From contig JAYWIR010000007.1 in assembly GCA_036172245.1 (NCBI GenBank), positions 4,402,001 through 4,466,000 on the forward strand: 64,000 nt of DNA, in the 5' to 3' direction. Below, one piece after another: positions 23,501 to 35,700 of this stretch. How positions within the stretch are numbered: position 1 is the stretch's first letter; each line of letters starts with the position of its first letter. Both the position numbers and the translations under genes were made by a program. Under the pieces are notes generated by a model that ran no database searches, was not told the origin of the DNA, and was given only the letters and a program-made list of their open reading frames with translations. Source of the stretch: Raillietiella orientalis (lineage: Eukaryota).

Positions 23501-26500
23501 AGGAGAGAGAGAGAGAGGGGGGAGGGGGATGAACGGAAGCATCGTAAATATCGAATGACGAGTAATTAATTTCTGTTAGGTGCGAATTTCTCGGGAGTCG
23601 GAAATTTTCCCTTGAATTCTGATTACTCCCGCTTTCCTTCGGAGCCCATTTTAATTATCCCTCGGCTTTGGCCGTACGGGACTCACACATTCTGCGCGTC
23701 CGTACGGAGCGCTCCGGCATTTTCCTCGACCGGAATGAGCGCGGCGCTGCGCGCGGCAAAAATGGCGGCGGCTCGCGGCGGAAGGGAGCGTCTGGGAGAG
23801 TTTTTTTCGCCTCTCAGCCGGGCCGGGATACCGTTCCTGGTCCCGAGTTTCATCACAGGCAGCTGGTAATGACAGCCGAGCGTGTCCTTTATTTCCACGA
23901 CACAAAACACACACAGATTTCATTTTGCGAGTCCTCGCTTTAGCTCTTGAGCAATCCATCGAACATGGAATGAAGCGAAGGTTTTTTTGCTCCTTCTTCC
24001 TCCTCCTCCTCCTTTCCGATCGATCGATCGTTGCCATTGGTTACGATTAATTACGAACACCGACGCGTCGGCTTATTCGGGTGCATCCACCGGGTTGTTT
24101 GTACACCCTGCGCCCGGGCGCGCGGTGGAAATCCGCAACGCTGTTCAAACGATGTTGGAAAACAAGAAAGAAAGAAAGAAAGAAACTTTCGCGTGAGCAC
24201 CGGGAAAGGCGGGCTTTCGATCCCGAGGCTTCCGAGGACCACTCTTCCGGAAGGACGTCTTCCGGCCCCACCGGCGAGCGTCTTTCGTTCCGCGTCTTCG
24301 GCGTCGCGCCGTGCGGAAGGCGTGGAGGCTGATCGGCCATCGCCGACGGCGAACCCTCCGAAGACGAAACGCGGGCGCTGCGAGCGGAAGGTGCGAACCT
24401 CTCTTCGCGCCGGCTGCCGCCTCGTGCGGAGGCGCAACCTGAAGAGGTGCACGGTGTGCGCGACACGCACCCGCGGGCGTTGGGAAGGAGGAAGAAAAAG
24501 GCACGCGCGCGCTGACGGAATGGCTCGGGGGAGGTGGGGGGCGAACGGTGGTCTTCGGATTCCGCTGCGGACATCCTCCATCCGAAGCGCCCGTCCAGGA
24601 GACCACGGGTGTTTCCGAGCAGCAGGCTCGCACGCCGAGATCCGCTTGCATCACAGACATCGTAAATTACGAGGCCATTCCGAAAGGGAGACCCTGCGCT
24701 CTTGCCCGCCTGCAGTTCTCTTCCAAAAACGCGCATCCTTTTTTGCTTCGCTCGTTCCCGAGGCTTTCATCTCGACGTTTCCTTCTGGCCTCTTCGGCTG
24801 CAGACGAAGCGCACGTTCTAAAAAAAAAAAAAAAAAAATCCTCCCGGCAGGCCCCCCCCCCCCCCCCCCTTTTCCGGATGCCGTAGGTGTTGTTGAAAAT
24901 TAGCCTCGCAAAGTTCGTGTAAAGTGGCTCGCGGAGGATTTCTCGGTGGAGGTTTTTCATTACGAAATTCCTTTTAAAGAGGCAGCTGTCCCTCCTCCGT
25001 AGGAGCACCGGGCGTCGGAACAAATTGCTTCTGCTCGGAGGAAGAGGAGGAGGAGAGCGGGACCTGGAGTGAACGAATTGGCGGCGCGAACCTCGCAGCC
25101 CGCCGCCACCGGGCGGGCGGCAAGGAGAAGATCCCGGACCGCAGCCTCGCGAAAGCCCCGGCAACAGGTGACGAGCCCCTGGAGGATCGCATCACCGCTG
25201 TCGTAACTGCGACTCTGACGTGCCCAATAAAGTCAAATTACGATATTAACTTCGTGGCATTTAAATTCACAAACGACCGAAGGGTTTTTCTTTGTTTCTG
25301 TCCAGTCGTTTCGCTCTGTCCTTCTGGCAGAGGGGAAAGGAGAAAGGGAGAGGGCGGGAGGGGAGGGACGGACCGAAGAAACGGATATATCTGTCCATCC
25401 CTTGATCATCTCTACCCTTTGTTTACTTATTAGTTGGCGCGAGGAGCGACAAGCGATGGGTTCATCATCCGCTGCACCTCATCTGCAGAGCAACTGCGTG
25501 TCGGTGCTTTGAGCCACTGAGGATGGCTCGTTCGGTCCTTTTTTTCCTATTCTATTCGCGACGCGAGAGAAGGGAGAGCATGGAAGGGGAGGGGTGGCAG
25601 AGGAACAACAGACACCCCCTCCTCCTCCTCTCCCCCCCCCCCCCCGATCCCCGAAGGAACGCATTTTCCGACCCTTGGAAGCGGTACCGTGGTTTATGGG
25701 AGCGCGCTGCTCTTTATGGTTCTGGAAGCTGCTCGAGGAGGAACCATTAGAAACGCGTGTGGCACATAAGTGGCGCGATTTCTTGCGAGAGGCACGGGGA
25801 TTCCCCTCCTTCTACGCTCGCCTCCCGCGTCCAAAGCCTCCGCCGGGTTGGCAGCTGCCGGCAATTTCCGGCTGAGCGTCTGCGCACGCGCGCGCGCCCC
25901 CCCCCCACCAGGGAACGGAACGGAAAATCATTTCCCGCGCAGGCGGTCGCCCGGGAGCCGATCCACTGCCCCTGATTTTCTTTCTTTTTCTTTCCCTTCT
26001 TGCAGCGTCGTTCTTCCGCGAGGCCGCTCCTGCTCTCGATAGCCTCTGGCCGTCTCCCCGCGGAACTATTGCGGGCGCGCGCGAGACGGTGTGGCAAGCC
26101 TGCTTTCTCCCGCGCGAAATCCCGCGCTCTTCCGCCGCACCCGAGGGACGGCAGCGAGTGAGAGGGCCTCGCTCCTCTTCCCCCGCCTCGTCCCGAGCCA
26201 CCCTCTCCGAGGTTCTCGCTCGAGGCCATCCAGCGACACACCCAAGGTTCCAACCTGGCGCTGACCCGGAAGCACGCGCTGTATCGCACCTGGATGCTTC
26301 CGGGAAGACGGCGACGACAGGGTCCGTTCGGTGGCGCCGCGCTGCGGAGCCAAGACCACCGGGCCGAAGAGGAATCCCCCCCCCCCCTTTCCTCCCCCGC
26401 CGATCCCGACTGCTGAGCCGCGGGCGGCGGAGACGGACGATCTCCGCAGAGCGCGCGCACTGTCCAGGGGCGCGTTGGGACGGTTCGAGCGGACCCCGGA

Positions 26501-26994
26501 GAGAGTTCGCGCGGCGACGGGAGGAGAAGACGCGAGCGGTGGAGCGCCATCCGCCGGGCGGCTCGACTCGGCGCAGACCGCGCGAGAGAGGGAAAAGCGG
26601 ACCATCGCGGCGGTCTCCAGGGAGACGAAAGCAGGCGGGCAGATCCCTTTCTTGGTGATTTATACTTTCGTCAGTGACCACGATTGTTGATGGATGGAGC
26701 TCTCGCTGGGGAGCGCCGTAACTCAGCACTGCACGTGGCCGGCAAGCTCCTCGGGGAGGTCTTCGTTCCGGACGCGATCAGCAGAAAGGGAGGGGGCACA
26801 GATGAACGCCTCCCTCCTCCCCGGTCCCCGCCCGTCTTCCGGTCGGCCGCAGCTCGGACCGCGCCGCGAGGGAACGCGAGACGCACGCATTCCTGGGGAG
26901 AGGAGAGTGCGCCGCGGCCGGGGCGGAGAGCTGCCGGGAGTGCCCTCGAACTTTGCGGAAGGGCGGCGACGGGAGAAGCCCTTGCGGTCCGGTG

Positions 26995-27022
26995 CCGCCG
27001 CCGCCGCCGCCGCCGCCGCCGC
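26995..27022 (+). repeat. (GCC)n microsatellite
   Basis: About 9 tandem GCC units. Confidence 0.9.
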
Positions 27023-28989
27023 GCAGCACCTGGTTCCCTGCGATCGATGGAACCGGAGTCTCCGCTAAGCCTTCTGGGAAAAGGGGGTGACGTCGCGCGA
27101 AGCCTCGGACCGGGGGAGCAGCCGAAGCGACGCTCTTCCGAGAGGAGGAGCGGGGGGGAGGGGAGAGAGAAGCAAAGATGGCGACGCGGAAACATGAAAG
27201 CGAACCCCCGACGCGAATCGTGATGTCGGGATGAAGCAGTCGCGGCAAGGATTAGGCGCCGCAAGGCTGCAGCGGTCACAGCATCCGTTTGCTCCTCCTC
27301 CAGCCGAGCGCGGAGCAGGGGCCGAGAGCGCTTCCCAGAGAGGTGCGTTCGTGCCTGCCTGGAGGCCGCGGAGCTGCCGGCGCGTGCCCTGTTCTCCTCC
27401 CTGGCCTTCGGGCCCCTCCGTGCTGTGCAGCCGGTTCCGGGAACTTTCGTGGGGCCGCCCGAGGAATGTAAAGAAACCCCCCGCTCGGCACGGTGCGGGA
27501 CGACAAGCGACTGGACCTTCCGCAAACGCGCGCTCTTTCGTTCGGAAGCTGCGCTTCCCCCCCCCCCCCCCGGCACTCACTCCGACGTCTCCAACTTGCC
27601 CGGGACGGCGCACGCCCTCCGAGCCCCGCACCAACGAAAGGCTTGGGAGGGTCGTTGCAAAAAGAGGGGAAAAAAAAAAAGGGAGGGGGTGATTCGGCAC
27701 ACTGTCCGGATGAGCCGAGCCGGGCGCAAGCGAGCTGCATTCTAGGGGTGGTGGAGGGGGGTCATCCGTCGCGCACGCTCCACGAGGGAAGGTGGGGGAG
27801 TACGGTCGCGTGAGCGGGCGCCAGCTGAGGAGACATGCCGACGGGACGCGGCAAGGTAAGGCGGAGAGGTTCCTCCAGGGCAGGCAAGGAGGGAGATGCG
27901 ACGGAACCAGTGAGGCGGCGGGACCTCGGAAAAATCGAAACCTCGTCCCGGGCCCACAAGCGATAGGCCGTATCTCCTCCCCCGATGCTTTATAAATTTC
28001 CCGTAATGCGCGCTTTATCCGTCGACCGACGCTGAGCTTTGTGATTTAGGAGACGCGTTGTTTGGTTCCTCCGCGCGTGCGCCCGCCGAGCCCAAAGAGC
28101 GCGAGCGCTCGCTCGGCACCGGCGGGAAGCCGGGAAAGAGAGAGCGGGCGCGCCCAGGCAGGCAGGTCGCCTCTGCGCCCCCGCCACGAGCACAGGTCGG
28201 GCGGGTTTCCCTTTCTTTCCTTCGCGAAGGACGGGGGGGAGGGGGGTGGGGAAGCCCGTTGTCTGCGTGCTTGCGTTCCCCAGGGGCAGGAGGAATGCCG
28301 GCAGCGGCGCGCTTTCCCACTCTTCCCCCCCCCCCCCGCTTTTCCGGCGCTGCCTGCTGCCCCTCCCGCGAGGAGGTGCTCCGCGCAAATTTTCGGTTTC
28401 GGCGGCAATAAAAAAAAAAAAAAAAAAAAAAACTTCTTACTCCGTCGCATGCATTTCCTGATTAGCGACAGCGGCGTTTCTCTGGCGAGTCTTCCACGTC
28501 GCAGGGACCCCATAAATTCATAAAATCTGTTAGGACGAATTAATCTGTAACGATGTCTATTCAAATTCTTCGCCGATTGCTGCCAGAAACAGCGAACGGG
28601 ACGGGAAGGAGGGAGAGCCGGGGGGGAGGGGAGGGGAGGGAGAGGGGCGGAGGAAGAAAAGAATGGCTTTGTTTTCGATCTTTTCGTAGCTGAAGTGTCT
28701 TCGGGGAGGCCGCGGCCGATCTCGGATTCGGCTGCACGCAGAGATCGGCCGAGCCGCACGGCCCGCGGCAGGCACACGCCCACTCCACAAGTACCGAATT
28801 CCGAGCTTCGCGGAACTGCCAGCCGAAAGGCCCTGGCGCCGCTGGTTGGCGCCGCTGGCGGCCCGCAGGGCTCCGGAATCACGTTCACGGCAAACCTGGA
28901 GGTTATCCCGAAATCGCACGTGATCTCCGAGATAATTCCCCCTGATCCAACAGTCCGAATCGGGAAAGCAGAAGGGGGGGGGGGGAAGA

Positions 28990-29010
28990 ACACACACACA
29001 CACACACACA
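28990..29010 (+). repeat. (AC)n microsatellite next to a G-run
   Basis: Directly visible. Confidence 0.9.
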
Positions 29011-32000
29011 TTTATCGAAGGGGAAGAAATTCGGCCACTTCCAGATAAGGTTCCGGTTCCCCTTATCACGTCTGCAGGATGCGTCCCGTGCAGATTATCA
29101 TCCGCGCGCGCAAATCCTGGAGCTTCTTGAGTAGGGACTCCGTACCCAAACCTGTCGGAGCACTCTCGCGTTGCCGCGGTGGGACGGAAGGAGTCCGTCC
29201 GCCTCCGGGGGGAGAGCTCATCTGCCCATCGCGGTCCGAGCCCGGCGCAAGCAGCAAAGAGGGCAGCCGCGCCGCGCCCCTGCACGTGACCCACAATCCA
29301 GAAGTGCGAGGAGGGATTCCCCGGCGCAAGGGGACCGTGCGGCGCACGGGCCCCTCGGTTCGCATGGCGCACCGAGAAACGGTACCCACCGCTCCCTTGC
29401 CGGTCACGTGATCGGTCGTTAATGAGCGAGGAAGCGAAATGAAGCAATTTCCTGCCGTCCCACGTCGAACCTTCCCGAACCGTCGAGACGCCGGGCCGCG
29501 GCAGAGAGCTAGGCGATAGCATCACCTCCGGCTGGGAACGCGAAGAAAGAGACAGCCCCACCGGTCTTCCGGCAGGGTGGTGTTACCGCCGACGCCCGAG
29601 CGACCCCATCTTCGCCGGGAAGCGCTAAGGATGAAAGCGAGGCCAGCAAGGGGAAGCTGTGCGCTTGGAAACCGAGCAGTGGCCAGGGACTGCCACTTAA
29701 CTTTCTCTCTTGAGAGAGCTCGATTTGGAAACTCCAATTGCGCACTGGGGCCCAGGATTTCTCCCCCCCCCCCCCCCCGCCGCCGCCGTCCTCCCCCCTG
29801 GCGATCCGAGTTCTGTCGCAGGTGCTGCCCGCATACGATTTGCGGATTTGACTGGAAAGTAGAAAATCACGAAGAAGAAAACGTGCCCTTCGATTCCTCC
29901 GAATTGTGGCTATTAAGGACTGCAGATAACAAGGTATCATAGAGGTAATCGTATCTGATTCGTAACAGACTTGATTGCAATTTGGGCCAAGCAAGCGGAG
30001 GGGGAGGGAGGGGGGAGGGGAACGGAATTCCAGGGGAGGAAGGGAGCAGTTCACCGAAAGGGCGGCGCAGTCTTGGATCCGATTTTGAGGAGCGCACGTG
30101 CTACGAGTTCCCTTCGGGAGAGGAGCAGAACGGGGGATCGTCGCTTCGGACGACGACGCCCCCCCATCCCCATCAGCAGCCGGGGATTCCTCCTCCCGGA
30201 GAACTGAAGAGCTGGAACGCCGCACGCTTTGACTCCGCTGCTGCGAAGAGAACGCTGCTGGCTTTCCTTTCGTGCGACCGCGGTCCGCACCGACCGGGCA
30301 CGAACGTTGCCAAGGGGCGCGTGGCCAGGGCAACGGCGAGTGCGTGCGCCCGTCGATCCGCCACCGACGCTCGACCATCAGCGCGATGAAGGTCGAGGCA
30401 CAGCTTCCGAAAGGTTTCCACTTATTAGTTGGCTCGGTTGTTCCTCCTGCCATTCCGGCTCATCCCTAATTGTTTTCGATGTTTTCGTACAGCAGCCGCA
30501 ATAATTCCTGCGCGGAATGGGGTTCGGTCTTCCAGGCTTCTTCTCACCATTACGCGGGGAGTGCCGCAAAAGATCTTACCTGATTGCCGGCGTTGCCAAG
30601 CGTCCGCCCTCGAAACACATCGATCTTCAGACAAATTTTTGCGTCACAAGTGAATGGCGGGGGATTTTTCGGCTTCGAGCATTCCGCACGTTTTGCAACG
30701 CGAAAATTCGTGGGCACTGCAATAAGGCGGAGGGGAGTGGCAAATTAATTATCGGAAACAAATTAACGAGGCGAGAGGGAAGGTGCCATCCAGGTTTTTT
30801 GCATGCGCGATCGTTCGGGGGAAGCGGGAAACCCTCCCACCCCCTCGGAAAGACCCCTCGCTCTTCGCGGCGGTTCAGCCGTTCGCATGGCAACGGCGGA
30901 GCAGCGCGCGCTGACCAAACACAACGGGCCGCGTCACCGCTCTGGGATTCACTTCGGGAATCCGAAATCACATCTCGCGATTTCTCCTTTTTTTTTTTTT
31001 TTTTTTTCTTTCCTCCTTTTCTCTCTCTTCCACGCAAACCGCCTCGTCCGAATCGGCAAATTTTGGCGAGATGTTCATCCAATTAAAGCAGAAGGTATGA
31101 TTAGTGCTTGGGGATCCGCGGGGTCATCTTCGCTGCAGACAGATAAGCGTCCTCATCCAGCGTCAACGCGCCATGTAATTTTATTGCCGAAAATACTTTC
31201 TTCCGGCGTAATTGTTTTTTTTTTTTTTTTTTTAAAAACAACAACAAAAAAAAAAAAATCTGCTTCTTGTTGCCTGGAACCGTAGCAGTTTATCACTTGG
31301 AGAAGTTTCAGAATGTGGGTTTCCGGGTGAAATGCGAAAAGCTGATAAATCATGGAAAAGGTTGGTGACGGGAAACGCCGCCGATGCGGACCGAGGACGA
31401 GCCGTGGTTCACAACGTGTGCGAAACTGAGATCCCGAGAAGATCTGTCCGCTTCCTTCTTCCTTTCTGCTGCTGCTGCTGCTGCTTTCGGGACGCCGCAA
31501 CTCTCCTCGCGAGTGGGGAGGACGCGTCAGCGCGATAGTCGCGAATTGGAACTCCTGCCCTTCAACGGAGAAGTTTTCTCCTCCTCCTCCTTTTCCTTTC
31601 CGTGCTCCCACCCCTACACTCCCTTGCCTGATTTCGGGAGAGGATGGGGGGGGAGGGGGGGAAGGCTCGCGGGAAGATTCAGCCACGCTACTTATCCTTC
31701 GAACGGGAGCGAAATGGACCGACAGTAAAGCTGCTACCCGGCAAAGACTGATTTACAGTTCGCCCACGGTTATCCGCGGGCAACGTCGGTGAGCTCCCGT
31801 CCGCTCTCGAAACCAAGAAAACTGGAAGGGGGAGGAGGAGAGGCCCTGAATGGGCGGGCCGCAGCTCGGCTCTGCAGCGAAATAGACGCAGGGAAACGCG
31901 GGCGCCCGTGAGCAACGCTGCGCGCAGGTCTTTCCGTGCCTCCTGCAACGTTTCCCCTCCCAGGAGGTAGGGGAGGGGGTGGGCGGTGACAACCAGGCCG

Positions 32001-32555
32001 CTCAGGCGAGGACCTGGAGACTCCCGCTCCTTCTGCCGGCAGGGGAACCCGTGGCGGGACGGGTCTCCTCCCTCGACCCCCGAACAGACTGGAAAGGGGA
32101 GGGGATCGGCGGGGTCGAAGAGCACTCCCGCGAGGAGCACCGACGACCACCGCCGCCGCCTTGGGGTCTGCGCAAGAGTCCTACCGGTCGTGTTCTGGCA
32201 AACTGCGAACGCGCGAGGGTCGAAGCGTCCTGCGGGGAACCCCCACTCCCTCGGAAGCACCGCCCTCGCCTTTACGTGGGGGAGCGGCCAGCAGCGGAGG
32301 GCTCCTTGGGAACAGAAACGGCAAATCCACCCCACAGGAATGCCTTTCCTTTTTTTTTTTAAAAAATATTTTTTTTTTTGCCTTTTCCGCAGGACCCATG
32401 GGCCCTACGACATATGGGAGGGATCCTCGGGGAAGGAAACGTTCCATCTTCCCCTTTCACTTTGTCATATGGGAAGGGCTGGAGGGGGGTTGAGCCGTCC
32501 AAAGTTAGGCTGGGGCGTTCTCCTCCCCCCCCCCCCCAGACCCGTGTCTCCTTCG

Positions 32556-32774
32556 TCACACCGAAGTCTCGGAGCTAAGGCGCAGCACGAAGCGGTTGCT
32601 CTTGGGGTCGATGACCTCCTCGGTCACGTTGAAGTGGGGCAGCCTGGTCACGGAGCACAGTAGGGACACGTCCTTCTGCCTCAGCTGGAAGACCGTCCCG
32701 TCATCGATGGACCTGGACAGCAGCGTGTTGCAGATGAGCGCCCACGACTGCACGGGCTTCCTCTCCTTCTCGTT
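32556..32774 (-). CDS. Vang: Vang coding exon 5 (NEKERKP...SETSV*)
   Basis: Acceptor TTCTTCCAG|; TGA at 32558-32556; ends in [11 protein letters not shown]. Confidence 0.95.
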   Translation of the reverse strand, partial: NEKERKPVQSWALICNTLLSRSIDDGTVFQLRQKDVSLLCSVTRLPHFNVTEEVIDPKSNRFVLRLSSETSV

Positions 32775-35700
32775 CTGGAAGAAGGGAGCAGAGGAGAGTG
32801 GACGGCGGGCGGGTAGAAAGGGGGGGGGGAAGAAGAGGAGGCGCCGGCGGCAACTGCCTTCCCTTTCCGGGAAGGGGAAGGAAAGGGGTGAGAATGAGAT
32901 TCCCGGGATGGGCAGCTGCACCGCAGCCTCGCCCGCGAACCGCCGAGCGGCAGCAGCGACTGCCGTCTTACCGATAAGACCGGCTTGCACTCCAGGAACT
33001 TTTCCAGGAAGGCCTTCGGACTGAGGTCGTAGCTGAGACACGTGGCCAGGTCCTTCAGAATGCCCTCCATGGTGTGCCTGGGCTGCTGCCTGGTCAGGCG
33101 CAGGTACTTCTGCAGGGGCTTTGCCATCGAGGGGAAGATGGCCTGGGCGGCCTCATACGGCCCCAGCTGGGAGCCCGCAGCTGGAAGACGAAGACCACGG
33201 TAGAGGTCGGGAAACGCATTCCCCTTTCACCCTTTTCCCCCTCCCACTCCTCTCCCTCCTCCGAGGGACGCCCATCGGTGGCAGAGCTTTCCCTCTTTGC
33301 CGTCGCGACGCGCTCAGGTGGCGGCACCGGATGCTCCCCGTCCGACGCGCGCGCCATGGGCGGCAGGTGAGAAAGGGCGGATGGGCGGCGCCGCGAGCCG
33401 GCCCTCTTCGCGGGGCGAACCGCCGCCGAAGGAGCCCCCCCCCCTCCCATTCCCTGCCACCCCTGCAGCGAACCGAGGGCCGGCTCTGTATGCCGGGAGG
33501 AGGGGAAACAAAAGGAAGATGAGACTCGCGCCTCAGGGGTTTTCCGAAGAGAGAGGGGGAGGCCGATCGATCCCTCCAGAAAGGGAGAGCGAAGGCGCCG
33601 GACCGCCTTTTTCTTTCTTTCTTTTTTCATGTTTTTTTTTTTTTTGCTCGCTTCCTGGCCCCAGGCCACCATTACTGGCGGCGGACCGCGCGTCGACAGC
33701 AGCAGCTCGGTAGTCCTGGAAACGCCGCCATTGCTGCCGATGCGCGCTGGCTCCCACGCACCCTTCCTCCCTCTAGCGATGCCGACAACCTGGGGTTCCC
33801 CGGAAGAAGGCGGTCCTGACTCGTCCCATGGATACGTGGAGGACGGGCGGGAGGGTTTCGAAAAAAGGGGAAGGAAAAAAAGGAGGGGGGGGGGAAGGAG
33901 GAGGATGCCTCCCCCTCCCTTCTTTCTCTCCCACCGCGCACGGAGGAAACCCCAGTTTCGAAAGCAGCAGCACTTCGATCGGACAATGGAAGAACGTCCG
34001 TCCGTTCACGGAGGATGGACGGACGTTCTTGCGCTGGGGCTCACGGGTAGAAGGGGAAGGCAACGAGGGCGTGCCCGATGGAGTTCCCGGCTGACGGGCC
34101 GCGGCACAGCAGGAAGAGACGAGCCAGAGAAGGCGCGCCGATGGCTCTCCGGGATGTCGCACAGGGAGGGTGAAACGACGACAGCACGAACCGGGACGTG
34201 GGCCGTTGACCGAACGCAGCCGGTCGGCGAACGGGGAGCGCCAGTCCGAGAAGACGCTTCTGGGGAAGGGAGGGAGAAGAGGATGACCAGCAGCTCTGAT
34301 CCCCTCTTCGGAACAGGGGCGCCGACCTCAAGAACCCCGAACGTATCAGCCACTGTCACCTGCTCCCGCACGTGCAGCACGCACCTGCGTCCGCCGGAGC
34401 TGGGCGAGGGAAATGAAAGGATGCTTCCTGAGAGACGTTTGAGCGATCTCCCCCCACCCCCATCCCCCCCAGGCGCGCTGCGAGGGAATTGGAAGGCAGA
34501 GCCGAGCGCCTGCCCTCCTTCCCGAGATGCGTCAGGTTGCCCTTCTTCCTCTCCGGGGGCATGGGAAGGGGGTTCGTACCTTGGTCGCAATAGAGGCGCT
34601 TGATGTGTGTGAAGGCTTCCTCGGCGGCGGTGACCAGCCGCGCCCGCCGCTTCCTAACCCTCCTCTCGTACTCGTGCTCTTCGTGGAACCGCTCGTTGTG
34701 GCTCGAATCCCTGCGGCGGGTCGACGACGACGACAGCGCCCGTGACGGCTCCTGAAATGCACGCGCGCCAGTGGAGGGGGCGCTTCTGTCGAAGAGCGGC
34801 GCGCGCGCGAACTTTCCTGGCAGCGTCGATATGCGACCTTCACCCCCCAGACCCTTATTTCTCTAATCCCCCGCTCTCGCCGCGTGGAGGAGAAAGAGGA
34901 CCGGCGGAATTGGCGCTCCGGGAGAGTCCGTTGCCGCGGCGCTGGTGTTGCCTCCGAGAGAGGGAAGGCGAGTGGAGAAGAGAGGGCGCTTCGACGAGTG
35001 CCGAAGGAAGCAAGGAGTGGGGGGGGGGGGAAGGAGGGGAGAGAAGCAGGAGCAAGTGGACGCCTTCTCCGCCAACATCGCCCCAAGGAGCGGTTGGAGC
35101 GAGGATGGTCGTCCCATCCTCAAGGGCCGGCTGTCCCAATGAAGAGAACGCCCTCGAAGGGACGGTCAGGAGGACGGGTAGAGAACGAGGCGTAGAGAAG
35201 AGAGCGTCATGCGTCTCCCAGCAACGGAGAGGAGGAGGTGGAACGGGGAATGGGCCGCTGGCTAGCAGGCAGCAGCGGCCAGGACTGAGGAGTCTCCAAG
35301 GGAACTCGCTGCCAAGGCGGCGCCCTTTCCGACCGTCTCCGAGAGGGCGCTGCCGCCCCCCTCCTGGATCACGGGGAGCCTTGGCGAGGGGGACGAACAG
35401 GCACCCTCGAAATGGCGCAGTCAAGTCTCCTCCCCCGCCGGTCCGCAGGGAGACCGATCCCGTGGCGGCCCTTCCCGTTCTCCTAGAAACGCACGGAAGA
35501 GAGGGGAAGAGGATTTGGCTTCGATATTCCCGAAGCGCCTCCGGCACGGGAGGCAGCAGCCGCTTGTGCTACCGCCCGGGGACACAATCCCTCAGGCGGT
35601 GCCACCGCCCGAAAAACTCCTTGCTCTGCGCCCCTTCTCCCTGGCAACTGTGTGAGACGCCCCTTTGCTCTGCCCCCTTACGCTGCCTCCCTGCCAAGGC

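Noticed and set aside
10600..32500. Additional protein-coding or RNA genes in the long intergenic stretch
   Set aside because: I recognised no exon chain, tRNA, rRNA or snRNA by eye. Small or divergent exons cannot be excluded without RNA-seq or homology searches.
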